A stretch of 64,000 nt of DNA from Eledone cirrhosa (taxonomy: Eukaryota), in the NCBI GenBank assembly GCA_964016885.1, contig OZ024741.1:244528001-244592000 (forward strand). Reading direction: 5' to 3'. The translations under genes and the position numbers were made by a program. Below are positions 11,901-24,100 of the stretch, piece after piece (position 1 is the first letter of the stretch; every line of letters begins with the position of its first letter). The notes under the pieces were generated by a model, which was not told the origin of the DNA, searched no databases, and saw only the letters and a program-made list of their open reading frames with translations.

Positions 11901-13971
11901 AATGTAACTCCGCCGGCAAATCCGGATTTTTGTGATTCGTTTTCTTCGAAGCACACCATTCGCCGCCGGACTTCAGCTTCCACATTTAGCATGGGCAGCT
12001 TTTCTTGAAAATCACACCACACTCAGCAAATGTGTGTCTGCACATGTACCAGTAATTACAGATCGATCCGACCACGGGCGGCCTGCCCACGATCGAAGAG
12101 GTAACTCCGCAGGCAAATTCGCATTTTTGTGATTCGTTTCTTCGAAGCACACCATTCGCTGGTGGACTTCAGCTTCCTTATTTAGCATGGGCAGCTTTTC
12201 TTGAAAATCACACCACACTCAGCAAATGTGTGTCTGCACATGTACCAGTAATTACAGATCGATCGGACCACGGGCGGCCGGCTCACGATCGAAAAGGTAA
12301 CTCCGCCGGCAAATCCGCATTTTTGTGATTCGTTTCTTCGAAGCTCACCATTCGCCGCCGGACTTCAGCTTCCTCATTTAGCATGGGCAGCTTTTCTCGA
12401 AAATCACAACACACTCAGCAAATGTGTGTCTGCACATGTACCAGTAATTACAGATCGATCCGACCTGGGGCGGCCGGCCCACGATCGAAAAGGTAACTCC
12501 GGCGGCAAATTCGCATTTTTGTGATTCGTTTCTTTGAAGCACACCATTCGCTGGTGGACTTCAGCTTCCTCATTTAGCATGGGCAGCTTTTCTTGAAAAT
12601 CACACCACACACAGCCAATGAGTGTCTGCACATGTACCAGTAATTACAGATCGATCCGCCCACGGGTAGCCGGCCCACGATCGAAAATGTAACTCCGCCG
12701 GCAAATCCGCATTTTTGTGATTCGTTTCTTCGAAGCACACCATTCGCCGCCGGACTTCAGCTTCCTCATTTAGCATGGGCAGCTTTTCTTGAAAATCACA
12801 CCACACTCAGCAAATGTGTGTCTGCACATGTACCAGTAATTACAGATCGATCCGACCACGGGCGGTCAGCCCACGATCGAAAAGGTAACTCCGCCGGCAA
12901 ATCCGCATTTTTGTGATTCGTTTCTTCGAAGCACACCATTCGCCGCCGGACTTCAGCTTCCACATTTAGCATGGGCAGCTTTTCTTGAAAATCACACCAC
13001 ACTCAGCAAATGTGTGTCTGCACATGTACCAGTAATTACAGATCGATCCGACCGCGGGCGGCCTGCCCACGATCGAAAAGGTAACTCCGCAGGCAAATTC
13101 GCATTTTTGTGATTCGTTTCTTCGAAGCACACCATTCGCTGGTGGACTTCAGCTTCGTCATTTAGCATGGGCAGCTTTTCTTGAAAATCACACCACACTC
13201 AGCAAATGTGTGTCTGCACATGTACCAGTAATTACAGATCGATCGGACCACGGGCGGCCGGCTCACGATCGAAAAGGTAACTCCGCCGGCAAATCCGCAT
13301 TTTTGTGATTCGTTTCTTCGAAGCACACCATTCGCCGCCGGACTTCAGCTTCCACATTTAGCATGGGCAGCTTTTCTTGAAAATCACACCACACTCAGCA
13401 AATGTGTGTCTGCACATGTACCAGTAATTACAGATCGATCCGCCCACGGGTGGCCGGCCCACGATCGAAAAGGTAACTCCGCCGGCAAATCCGCATTTTT
13501 GTGATTCGTTTCTTCGAAGCACACCATTCGCTTGTGGACTTCAGCTTCCTCATTTAGCATGGGCAGCTTTTCTTGAAAATCACACCACACTCAGCAAATG
13601 TGTGTCTGCACATGTACCAGTAATTACAGATCGATCCGCCCACGGGTGGCCGGCCCACGATCGAAAATGTAACTCCGCCGGCAAATCCGCATTTTTGTGA
13701 TTCGTTTCTTCGAAGCACACCATTCGCCGCCGGACTTCAGCTTCCACATTTGGCATGGGCAGCTTTTCTTGAAAATCACACCACACTCAGCAAATGTGTG
13801 TCTGCACATGTACCAGTAATTACAGATCGATCGGACCACGGGCGGCCGGCTCACGATCGAAAAGGTAACTCCGCCGGCAAATCCGCATTTTTGTGATTCG
13901 TTTCTTCGAAGCACACCATTCGCCGCCGGACTTCAGCTTCCTCATTTAGCATGGGCAGCTTTTCTTGCAAA
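5935..13971 (+). repeat. S-only domain 1 (41 monomers, one of 197 bp)
   Basis: There is no L tail between 5935 and 13971; 8037 bp = 41x196 + 1. Confidence 0.95.
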
Positions 13972-16900
13972 TCACACTACACACAGCAAATCTGTGTCTG
14001 CACATGTACCAGTAACTACAGATCGATCCGACCACGGGCGGCCGGCCCACGATCGAAAAGGTAACTCCGCCGGCAAATCGTCATTTTTGGATTCGTTTTC
14101 TTCGAAGCACACCATTCGCCGGCGGACTTTGTTGACGTTTAACACGGTTTGGTTCCACAGCCACAACTATTGATTTTACGGAGATATCTTGCTGAAATTC
14201 ACGCCACACATAGCCAATGAGTGTCTGCACATGTACCAGTAATTACAGATCGATCCGACCACGGGCAGCCGGCCCGCGATTGAAAAGGTAACTCCGCCGG
14301 CAAATCGTCATTTTTGGATTCGTTTTCTTCGAAGCACACCATTCGCCGGCGGACTTTGTTGACGTTTAACGCGGTTTGGTTCCACAGCCACAACTATTGA
14401 TTTTACGGAGATATCTTGCTGAAATTCACGCCACACATACCCAATGAGTGTCTGCACATGTACCAGTAAATACAGATCGATCCGCCCACGGCTGGGCGGC
14501 CCACGATCTAAAATGTAACTCCGCCGGCAAATCCGCATTTTTGTGATTAGTTTCTTCGAAGCACACCATTCGCCGCCGGACTTGAGCTTCCTCATTTAGC
14601 ATGGGCAGCTTTTCTTGAAAATCACACCACACTCAGCAAATGTGTGTCTGCACATGTACCAGTAACTACAGATCGATCCGACCACGGGCGGCCTGCCCAC
14701 GATCGAAAAGGTAACTCCGCAGGCAAATTCGCACTTTTGTGATTCGTTTCTTCGAAGCACACCATTCGCTGGTGGTCTTCAGCTTCCTCATTTAGCATGG
14801 GCAGCTTTTCTTGAAAATCACACCACACTCAGCAAATCTGTGTCTGCACATGTACCAGTAATTACAGATCGATCCGACCACGGGTGGCCGGCCCGCGATT
14901 GAAAAGGTAACTCCGCCAGCAAATCGTCATTTTTGGATTCGTTTTCTTCGAAGCACACCATTCGCCGCCGGACTTGAGCTTCCTCATTTAGCATGGGCAG
15001 CTTTTCTTGAAAATCACACCACACTCAGCAAATGTGTGTCTGCACATGTACCAGTAATTACAGATCGATCGGACCACGGGCGGCCGGCTCACGATCGAAA
15101 AGGTAACTCCGCCGGCAAATCCGCATTTTTGTGATTCGTTTCTTCGAAGCACACCATTCGCCGCCGGACTTCAGCTTCCTCATTTAGCATGGGCAGCTTT
15201 TCTTGCAAATCACACTACACACAGCAAATCTGTGTCTGCACATGTACCAGTAACTACAGATCGATCCGACCACGGGCGGCCGGCCCACGATCGAAAAGGT
15301 AACTCCGCCGGCAAATCGTCATTTTTGGATTCGTTTTCTTCGAAGCACACCATTCGCCGGCGGACTTTGTTGACGTTTAACACGGTTTGGTTCCACAGCC
15401 ACAACTATTGATTTTACGGAGATATCTTGCTGAAATTCACGCCACACATACCCAATGAGTGTCTGCACATGTACCAGTAAATACAAATCGATCCGCCCAA
15501 GGGTGGCCGGCCCACGATCTAAAATGTAACTCCGCCGGCAAATCCGCATTTTTGTGATTAGTTTCTTCGAAGCACACCATTCGCCGCCGGACTTGAGCTT
15601 CCTCATTTAGCATGGGCAGCTTTTCTTGAAAATCACACCACACTCAGCAAATGTGTGTCTGCACATGTACCAGTAATTACAGATCGATCGGACCACGGGC
15701 GGCCGGCTCACGATCGAAAAGGTAACTCCGCCGGCAAATCCGCATTTTTGTGATTCGTTTCTTCGAAGCACACCATTCGCCGCCGGACTTCAGCTTCCTC
15801 ATTTAGCATGGGCAGCTTTTCTTGCAAATCACACTACACACAGCAAATCTGTGTCTGCACATGTACCAGTAACTACAGATCGATCCGACCACGGGCGGCC
15901 GGCCCGCGATTGAAAAGGTAACTCCGCCAGCAAATCGTCATTTTTTGATTCGTTTTCTTCGAAGCACACCATTCGCCGCCGGACTTTGTTGACGTTTAAC
16001 ACGGTTTGGTTCCACAGCCACAACTATTGATTTTACGGAGATATCTTGCTGAAATTCACGCCACACATAGCCAATGAGTGTCTGCACATGTACCAGTAAT
16101 TACAGATCGATCGGACCACGGGCGGCCGGTTTGCGATTGAAAAGGTAACTCCGCCGGCAAATCGTCATTTTTGGATTCGTTTTCTTCGAAGCACACCATT
16201 CGCCGGCGGACTTTGTTGACGTTTAACACGGTTTGGTTCCACAGCCACAACTATTGATTTTACGGAGATATCTTGCTGAAATTCACGCCACACATACCCA
16301 ATGAGTGTCTGCACATGTACCAGTAATTACAGATCGATCCGCCCACGGGTGGCCGGCCCACGATCTAAAATGTAACTCCGCCGGCAAATCCGCATTTTTG
16401 TGATTAGTTTCTTCGAAGCACACCATTCGCCGCCGGACTTGAGCTTCCTCATTTAGCATGGGCAGCTTTTCTTGAAAATCACACCACACTCAGCAAATGT
16501 GCGTCTGCACATGTACCAGTAATTACAGATCGATCGGACCACGGGCGGCCGGCTCACGATCGAAAAGGTAACTCCGCCGGCAAATCCGCATTTTTGTGAT
16601 TCGTTTCTTCGAAGCACACCATTCGCCGCCGGACTTCAGCTTCCTCATTTAGCATGGGCAGCTTTTCTTGCAAATCACACTACACACAGCAAATCTGTGT
16701 CTGCACATGTACCAGTAACTACAGATCGATCCGACCACGGGCGGCCGGCCCGCGATTGAAAAGGTAGCTCCGCCAGCAAATCGTCATTTTTTGATTCGTT
16801 TTCTTCGAAGCACACCATTCGCCGGCGGACTTTGTTGACGTTTAACACGGTTTGGTTCCACAGCCACAACTATTGATTTTACGGAGATATCTTGCTGAAA

Positions 16901-18139
16901 TTCACGCCACACATAGCCAATGATTGTCTGCACATGTACCAGTAATTACAGATCGATCCGACCACGGGTGGCCGGCCCGCGATTGAAAAGGTAACTCCGC
17001 CAGCAAATCGTCATTTTTGGATTCGTTTTCTTCGAAGCACACCATTCGCCGGCGGACTTTGTTGACGTTTAACACGGTTTGGTTCCACAGCCACAACTAT
17101 TGATTTTACGGAGATATCTTGCTGAAATTCACGCCACACATACCCAATGAGTGTCTGCACATGTACCAGTAATTACAGATCGATCCGCCCACGGGTGGCC
17201 GGCCCACGATCTAAAATGTAACTCCGCCGGCAAATCCGCATTTTTGTGATTAGTTTCTTCGAAGCACACCATTCGCCGCCGGACTTGAGCTTCCTCATTT
17301 AGCATGGGCAGCTTTTCTTGAAAATCACACCACACTCAGCAAATGTGTGTCTGCACATGTACCAGTAACTACAGATCGATCCGACCACGGGCGGCCTGCC
17401 CACGATCGAAAAGGTAACTCCGCAGGCAAATTCGCACTTTTGTGATTCGTTTCTTCGAAGCACACCATTCGCTGGTGGTCTTCAGCTTCCTCATTTAGCA
17501 TGGGCAGCTTTTCTTGAAAATCACACCACACTCAGCAAATCTGTGTCTGCACATGTACCAGTAATTACAGATCGATCCGACCACGGGTGGCCGGCCCGCG
17601 ATTGAAAAGGTAACTCCGCCAGCAAATCGTCATTTTTGGATTCGTTTTCTTCGAAGCACACCATTCGCCGCCGGACTTGAGCTTCCTCATTTAGCATGGG
17701 CAGCTTTTCTTGAAAATCACACCACACTCAGCAAATGTGTGTCTGCACATGTACCAGTAATTACAGATCGATCGGACCACGGGCGGCCGGCTCACGATCG
17801 AAAAGGTAACTCCGCCGGCAAATCCGCATTTTTGTGATTCGTTTCTTCGAAGCACACCATTCGCCGCCGGACTTCAGCTTCCTCATTTAGCATGGGCAGC
17901 TTTTCTTGCAAATCACACTACACACAGCAAATCTGTGTCTGCACATGTACCAGTAACTACAGATCGATCCGACCACGGGCGGCCGGCCCACGATCGAAAA
18001 GGTAACTCCGCCGGCAAATCGTCATTTTTGGATTCGTTTTCTTCGAAGCACACCATTCGCCGGCGGACTTTGTTGACGTTTAACACGGTTTGGTTCCACA
18101 GCCACAAGTATTGATTTTACGGAGATATCTTGCTGAAAT
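13972..18139 (+). repeat. L-containing HOR island (LLSSSS-LSS-LLSS-LLSSSS-L)
   Basis: L monomers start at 13972, 14199, 15210, 15829, 16056, 16675, 16902 and 17913. Confidence 0.92.
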
Positions 18140-21100
18140 TCACGCCACACATACCCAATGAGTGTCTGCACATGTACCAGTAATTACAGATCGATCCGCC
18201 CACGGGTGGCCGGCCCACGATCTAAAATGTAACTCCGCCGGCAAATCCGCATTTTTGTGATTAGTTTCTTCGAAGCACACCACTCGCCGCCGGACTTGAG
18301 CTTCCTCATTTAGCATGGGCAGCTTTTCTTGAAAATCACACCACACTCAGCAAATGTGTGTCTGCACATGTACCAGTAATTACAGATCGATCGGACCACG
18401 GGCGGCCGGCTCACGATCGAAAAGGTAACTCCGCCGGCAAATCCGCATTTTTGTGATTCGTTTCTTCGAAGCACACCATTTGCCGCCGGACTTCAGCTTC
18501 CTCATTTAGCATGGGCAGCTTTTCTTGCAAATCACACTACACACAGCAAATCTGTGTCTGCACATGTACCAGTAACTACAGATCGATCCGACCACGGGCG
18601 GCCGGCCCACGATCGAAAAGGTAACTCCGCCGGCAAATCGTCATTTTTGGATTCGTTTTCTTCGAAGCACACCATTCGCCGCCGGACTTCAGCTTCCTCA
18701 TTTAGCATGGGCAGCTTTTCTCGAAAATCACAACACACTCAGCAAATGTGTGTCTGCACATGTACCAGTAATTACAGATCGATCCGACCTGGGGCGGCCG
18801 GCCCACGATCGAAAAGGTAACTCCGGCGGCAAATTCGCATTTTTGTGATTCGTTTCTTTGAAGCACACCATTCGCTGGTGGACTTCAGCTTCCTCATTTA
18901 GCATGGGCAGCTTTTCTTGAAAATCACACCACACTCAGCAAATGTGTGTCTGCACATGTACCAGTAATTACAGATCGATCCGACCACGGGCGGTCAGCCC
19001 ACGATCGAAAAGGTAACTCCGCCGGCAAATCCGCATTTTTGTGATTCGTTTCTTCGAAGCACACCAATCGCCGCCGGACTTCAGCTTCCACATTTAGCAT
19101 GGGCAGCTTTTCTTGAAAATCACACCACACTCAGCAAATGTGTGTCTGCACATGTACCAGTAATTACAGATCGATCCGACCGCGGGCGGCCTGCCCACGA
19201 TCGAAAAGGTAACTCCGCAGGCAAATTCGCATTTTTGTGATTCGTTTCTTCGAAGCACACCATTCGCTGGTGGACTTCAGCTTCGTCATTTAGCATGGGC
19301 AGCTTTTCTTGAAAATCACACCACACTCAGCAAATGTGTGTCTGCACATGTACCAGTAATTACAGATCGATCCGCCCACGGGTAGCCGGCCCACGATCGA
19401 AAATGTAACTCCGCCGGCAAATCCGCATTTTTGTGATTCGTTTCTTCGAAGCACACCATTCGCCGCCGGACTTCAGCTTCCACATTTAGCATGGGCAGCT
19501 TTTCTTGAAAATCACACCACACTCAGCAAATGTGTGTCTGCACATGTACCAGTAATTACAGATCGATCGGACCACGGGCGGCCGGCTCACGATCGAAAAG
19601 GTAACTCCACCGGCAAATCCGCATTTTTGTGATTCGTTTCTTCGAAGCACACCATTCGCTGGTGGACTTCAGCTTCGTCATTTAGCATGGGCAGCTTTTC
19701 TTGAAAATCACACCACACTCAGCAAATGTGTGTCTGCACATGTACCAGTAATTACAGATCGATCCGCCCACGGGTAGCCGGCCCACGATCGAAAATATAA
19801 CTCCGCCGGCAAATCCGCATTTTTGTGATTCGTTTCTTCGAAGCACACCATTCGCCGCCGGACTTCAGCTTCCACATTTAGCATGGGCAGCTTTTCTTGA
19901 AAATCACACCACACTCAGCAAATGTGTGTCTGCACATGTACCAGTAATTACAGATCGATCGGACCATGGGCGGCCGGCTCACGATCGAAAAGGTAACTCC
20001 GCCGGCAAATCCGCATTTTTGTGATTCGTTTCTTCGAAGCACACCATTCGCCGCCGGACTTCAGCTTCCTCATTTAGCATGGGCAGCTTTTCTTGAAAAT
20101 CACACCACACTCAGCAAATGTGTGTCTGCACATGTACCAGTAATTACAGATCGATCCGCCCACGGGTAGCCGGCCCACGATCGAAAATGTAACTCCGCCG
20201 GCAAATCCGGATTTTTGTGATTCGTTTTCTTCGAAGCACACCATTCGCCGCCGGACTTCAGCTTCCACATTTAGCATGGGCAGCTTTTCTTGAAAATCAC
20301 ACCACACTCAGCAAATGTGTGTCTGCACATGTACCAGTAATTACAGATCGATCCGACCACGGGCGGCCTGCCCACGATCGAAGAGGTAACTCCGCAGGCA
20401 AATTCGCATTTTTGTGATTCGTTTCTTCGAAGCACACCATTCGCTGGTGGACTTCAGCTTCCTTATTTAGCATGGGCAGCTTTTCTTGAAAATCACACCA
20501 CACTCAGCAAATGTGTGTCTGCACATGTACCAGTAATTACAGATCGATCGGACCACGGGCGGCCGGCTCACGATCGAAAAGGTAACTCCGCCGGCAAATC
20601 CGCATTTTTGTGATTCGTTTCTTCGAAGCTCACCATTCGCCGCCGGACTTCAGCTTCCTCATTTAGCATGGGCAGCTTTTCTCGAAAATCACAACACACT
20701 CAGCAAATGTGTGTCTGCACATGTACCAGTAATTACAGATCGATCCGACCTGGGGCGGCCGGCCCACGATCGAAAAGGTAACTCCGGCGGCAAATTCGCA
20801 TTTTTGTGATTCGTTTCTTTGAAGCACACCATTCGCTGGTGGACTTCAGCTTCCTCATTTAGCATGGGCAGCTTTTCTTGAAAATCACACCACACACAGC
20901 CAATGAGTGTCTGCACATGTACCAGTAATTACAGATCGATCCGACCTGGGGCGGCCGGCCCACGATCGAAAAGGTAACTCCGGCGGCAAATTCGCATTTT
21001 TGTGATTCGTTTCTTTGAAGCACACCATTCGCTGGTGGACTTCAGCTTCCTCATTTAGCATGGGCAGCTTTTCTTGAAAATCACACCACACTCAGCAAAT

Positions 21101-24100
21101 GTGTGTCTGCACATGTACCAGTAATTACAGATTGATCCGACCACGGGCGGTCAGCCCACGATCGAAAAGGTAACTCCGCCGGCAAATCCGCATTTTTGTG
21201 ATTCGTTTCTTCGAAGCACACCAATCGCCGCCGGACTTCAGCTTCCACATTTAGCATGGGCAGCTTTTCTTGAAAATCACACCACACTCAGCAAATGTGT
21301 GTCTGCACATGTACCAGTAATTACAGATCGATCCGACCGCGGGCGGCCTGCCCACGATCGAAAAGGTAACTCCGCAGGCAAATTCGCATTTTTGTGATTC
21401 GTTTCTTCGAAGCACACCATTCGCTGGTGGACTTCAGCTTCGTCATTTAGCATGGGCAGCTTTTCTTGAAAATCACACCACACTCAGCAAATGTGTGTCT
21501 GCACATGTACCAGTAATTACAGATCGATCCGCCCACGGGTAGCCGGCCCACGATCGAAAATGTAACTCCGCCGGCAAATCCGCATTTTTGTGATTCGTTT
21601 CTTCGAAGCACACCATTCGCCGCCGGACTTCAGCTTCCACATTTAGCATGGGCAGCTTTTCTTGAAAATCACACCACACTCAGCAAATGTGTGTCTGCAC
21701 ATGTACCAGTAATTACAGATCGATCGGACCACGGGCGGCCGGCTCACGATCGAAAAGGTAACTCCACCGGCAAATCCGCATTTTTGTGATTCGTTTCTTC
21801 GAAGCACACCATTCGCTGGTGGACTTCAGCTTCGTCATTTAGCATGGGCAGCTTTTCTTGAAAATCACACCACACTCAGCAAATGTGTGTCTGCACATGT
21901 ACCAGTAATTACAGATCGATCCGCCCACGGGTAGCCGGCCCACGATCGAAAATATAACTCCGCCGGCAAATCCGCATTTTTGTGATTCGTTTCTTCGAAG
22001 CACACCATTCGCCGCCGGACTTCAGCTTCCACATTTAGCATGGGCAGCTTTTCTTGAAAATCACACCACACTCAGCAAATGTGTGTCTGCACATGTACCA
22101 GTAATTACAGATCGATCGGACCATGGGCGGCCGGCTCACGATCGAAAAGGTAACTCCGCCGGCAAATCCGCATTTTTGTGATTCGTTTCTTCGAAGCACA
22201 CCATTCGCCGCCGGACTTCAGCTTCCTCATTTAGCATGGGCAGCTTTTCTTGAAAATCACACCACACTCAGCAAATGTGTGTCTGCACATGTACCAGTAA
22301 TTACAGATCGATCCGCCCACGGGTAGCCGGCCCACGATCGAAAATGTAACTCCGCCGGCAAATCCGGATTTTTGTGATTCGTTTTCTTCGAAGCACACCA
22401 TTCGCCGCCGGACTTCAGCTTCCACATTTAGCATGGGCAGCTTTTCTTGAAAATCACACCACACTCAGCAAATGTGTGTCTGCACATGTACCAGTAATTA
22501 CAGATCGATCGGACCACGGGCGGCCGGCTCACGATCGAAAAGGTAACTCCGCCGGCAAATCCGCATTTTTGTGATTCGTTTCTTCGAAGCTCACCATTCG
22601 CCGCCGGACTTCAGCTTCCTCATTTAGCATGGGCAGCTTTTCTCGAAAATCACAACACACTCAGCAAATGTGTGTCTGCACATGTACCAGTAATTACAGA
22701 TCGATCCGACCTGGGGCGGCCGGCCCACGATCGAAAAGGTAACTCCGGCGGCAAATTCGCATTTTTGTGATTCGTTTCTTTGAAGCACACCATTCGCTGG
22801 TGGACTTCAGCTTCCTCATTTAGCATGGGCAGCTTTTCTTGAAAATCACACCACACACAGCCAATGAGTGTCTGCACATGTACCAGTAATTACAGATCGA
22901 TCCGCCCACGGGTAGCCGGCCCACGATCGAAAATGTAACTCCGCCGGCAAATCCGCATTTTTGTGATTCGTTTCTTCGAAGCACACCATTCGCCGCCGGA
23001 CTTCAGCTTCCTCATTTAGCATGGGCAGCTTTTCTTGAAAATCACACCACACTCAGCAAATGTGTGTCTGCACATGTACCAGTAATTACAGATCGATCCG
23101 ACCACGGGCGGTCAGCCCACGATCGAAAAGGTAACTCCGCCGGCAAATCCGCATTTTTGTGATTCGTTTCTTCGAAGCACGCCATTCGCCGCCGGACTTC
23201 AGCTTCCACATTTAGCATGGGCAGCTTTTCTTGAAAATCACACCACACTCAGCAAATGTGTGTCTGCACATGTACCAGTAATTACAGATCGATCCGACCG
23301 CGGGCGGCCTGCCCACGATCGAAAAGGTAACTCCGCAGGCAAATTCGCATTTTTGTGATTCGTTTCTTCGAAGCACACCATTCGCTGGTGGACTTCAGCT
23401 TCGTCATTTAGCATGGGCAGCTTTTCTTGAAAATCACACCACACTCAGCAAATGTGTGTCTGCACATGTACCAGTAATTACAGATCGATCCGCCCACGGG
23501 TAGCCGGCCCACGATCGAAAATGTAACTCCGCCGGCAAATCCGCATTTTTGTGATTCGTTTCTTCGAAGCACACCATTCGCCGCCGGACTTCAGCTTCCA
23601 CATTTAGCATGGGCAGCTTTTCTTGAAAATCACACCACACTCAGCAAATGTGTGTCTGCACATGTACCAGTAATTACAGATCGATCGGACCACGGGCGGC
23701 CGGCTCACGATCGAAAAGGTAACTCCGCCGGCAAATCCGCATTTTTGTGATTCGTTTCTTCGAAGCACACCATTCGCCGCCGGACTTCAGCTTCCACATT
23801 TAGCATGGGCAGCTTTTCTTGAAAATCACACCACACTCAGCAAATGTGTGTCTGCACATGTACCAGTAATTACAGATCGATCGGACCATGGGCGGCCGGC
23901 TCACGATCGAAAAGGTAACTCCGCCGGCAAATCCGCATTTTTGTGATTCGTTTCTTCGAAGCACACCATTCGCCGCCGGACTTCAGCTTCCTCATTTAGC
24001 ATGGGCAGCTTTTCTTGAAAATCACACCACACTCAGCAAATGTGTGTCTGCACATGTACCAGTAATTACAGATCGATCCGCCCACGGGTAGCCGGCCCAC

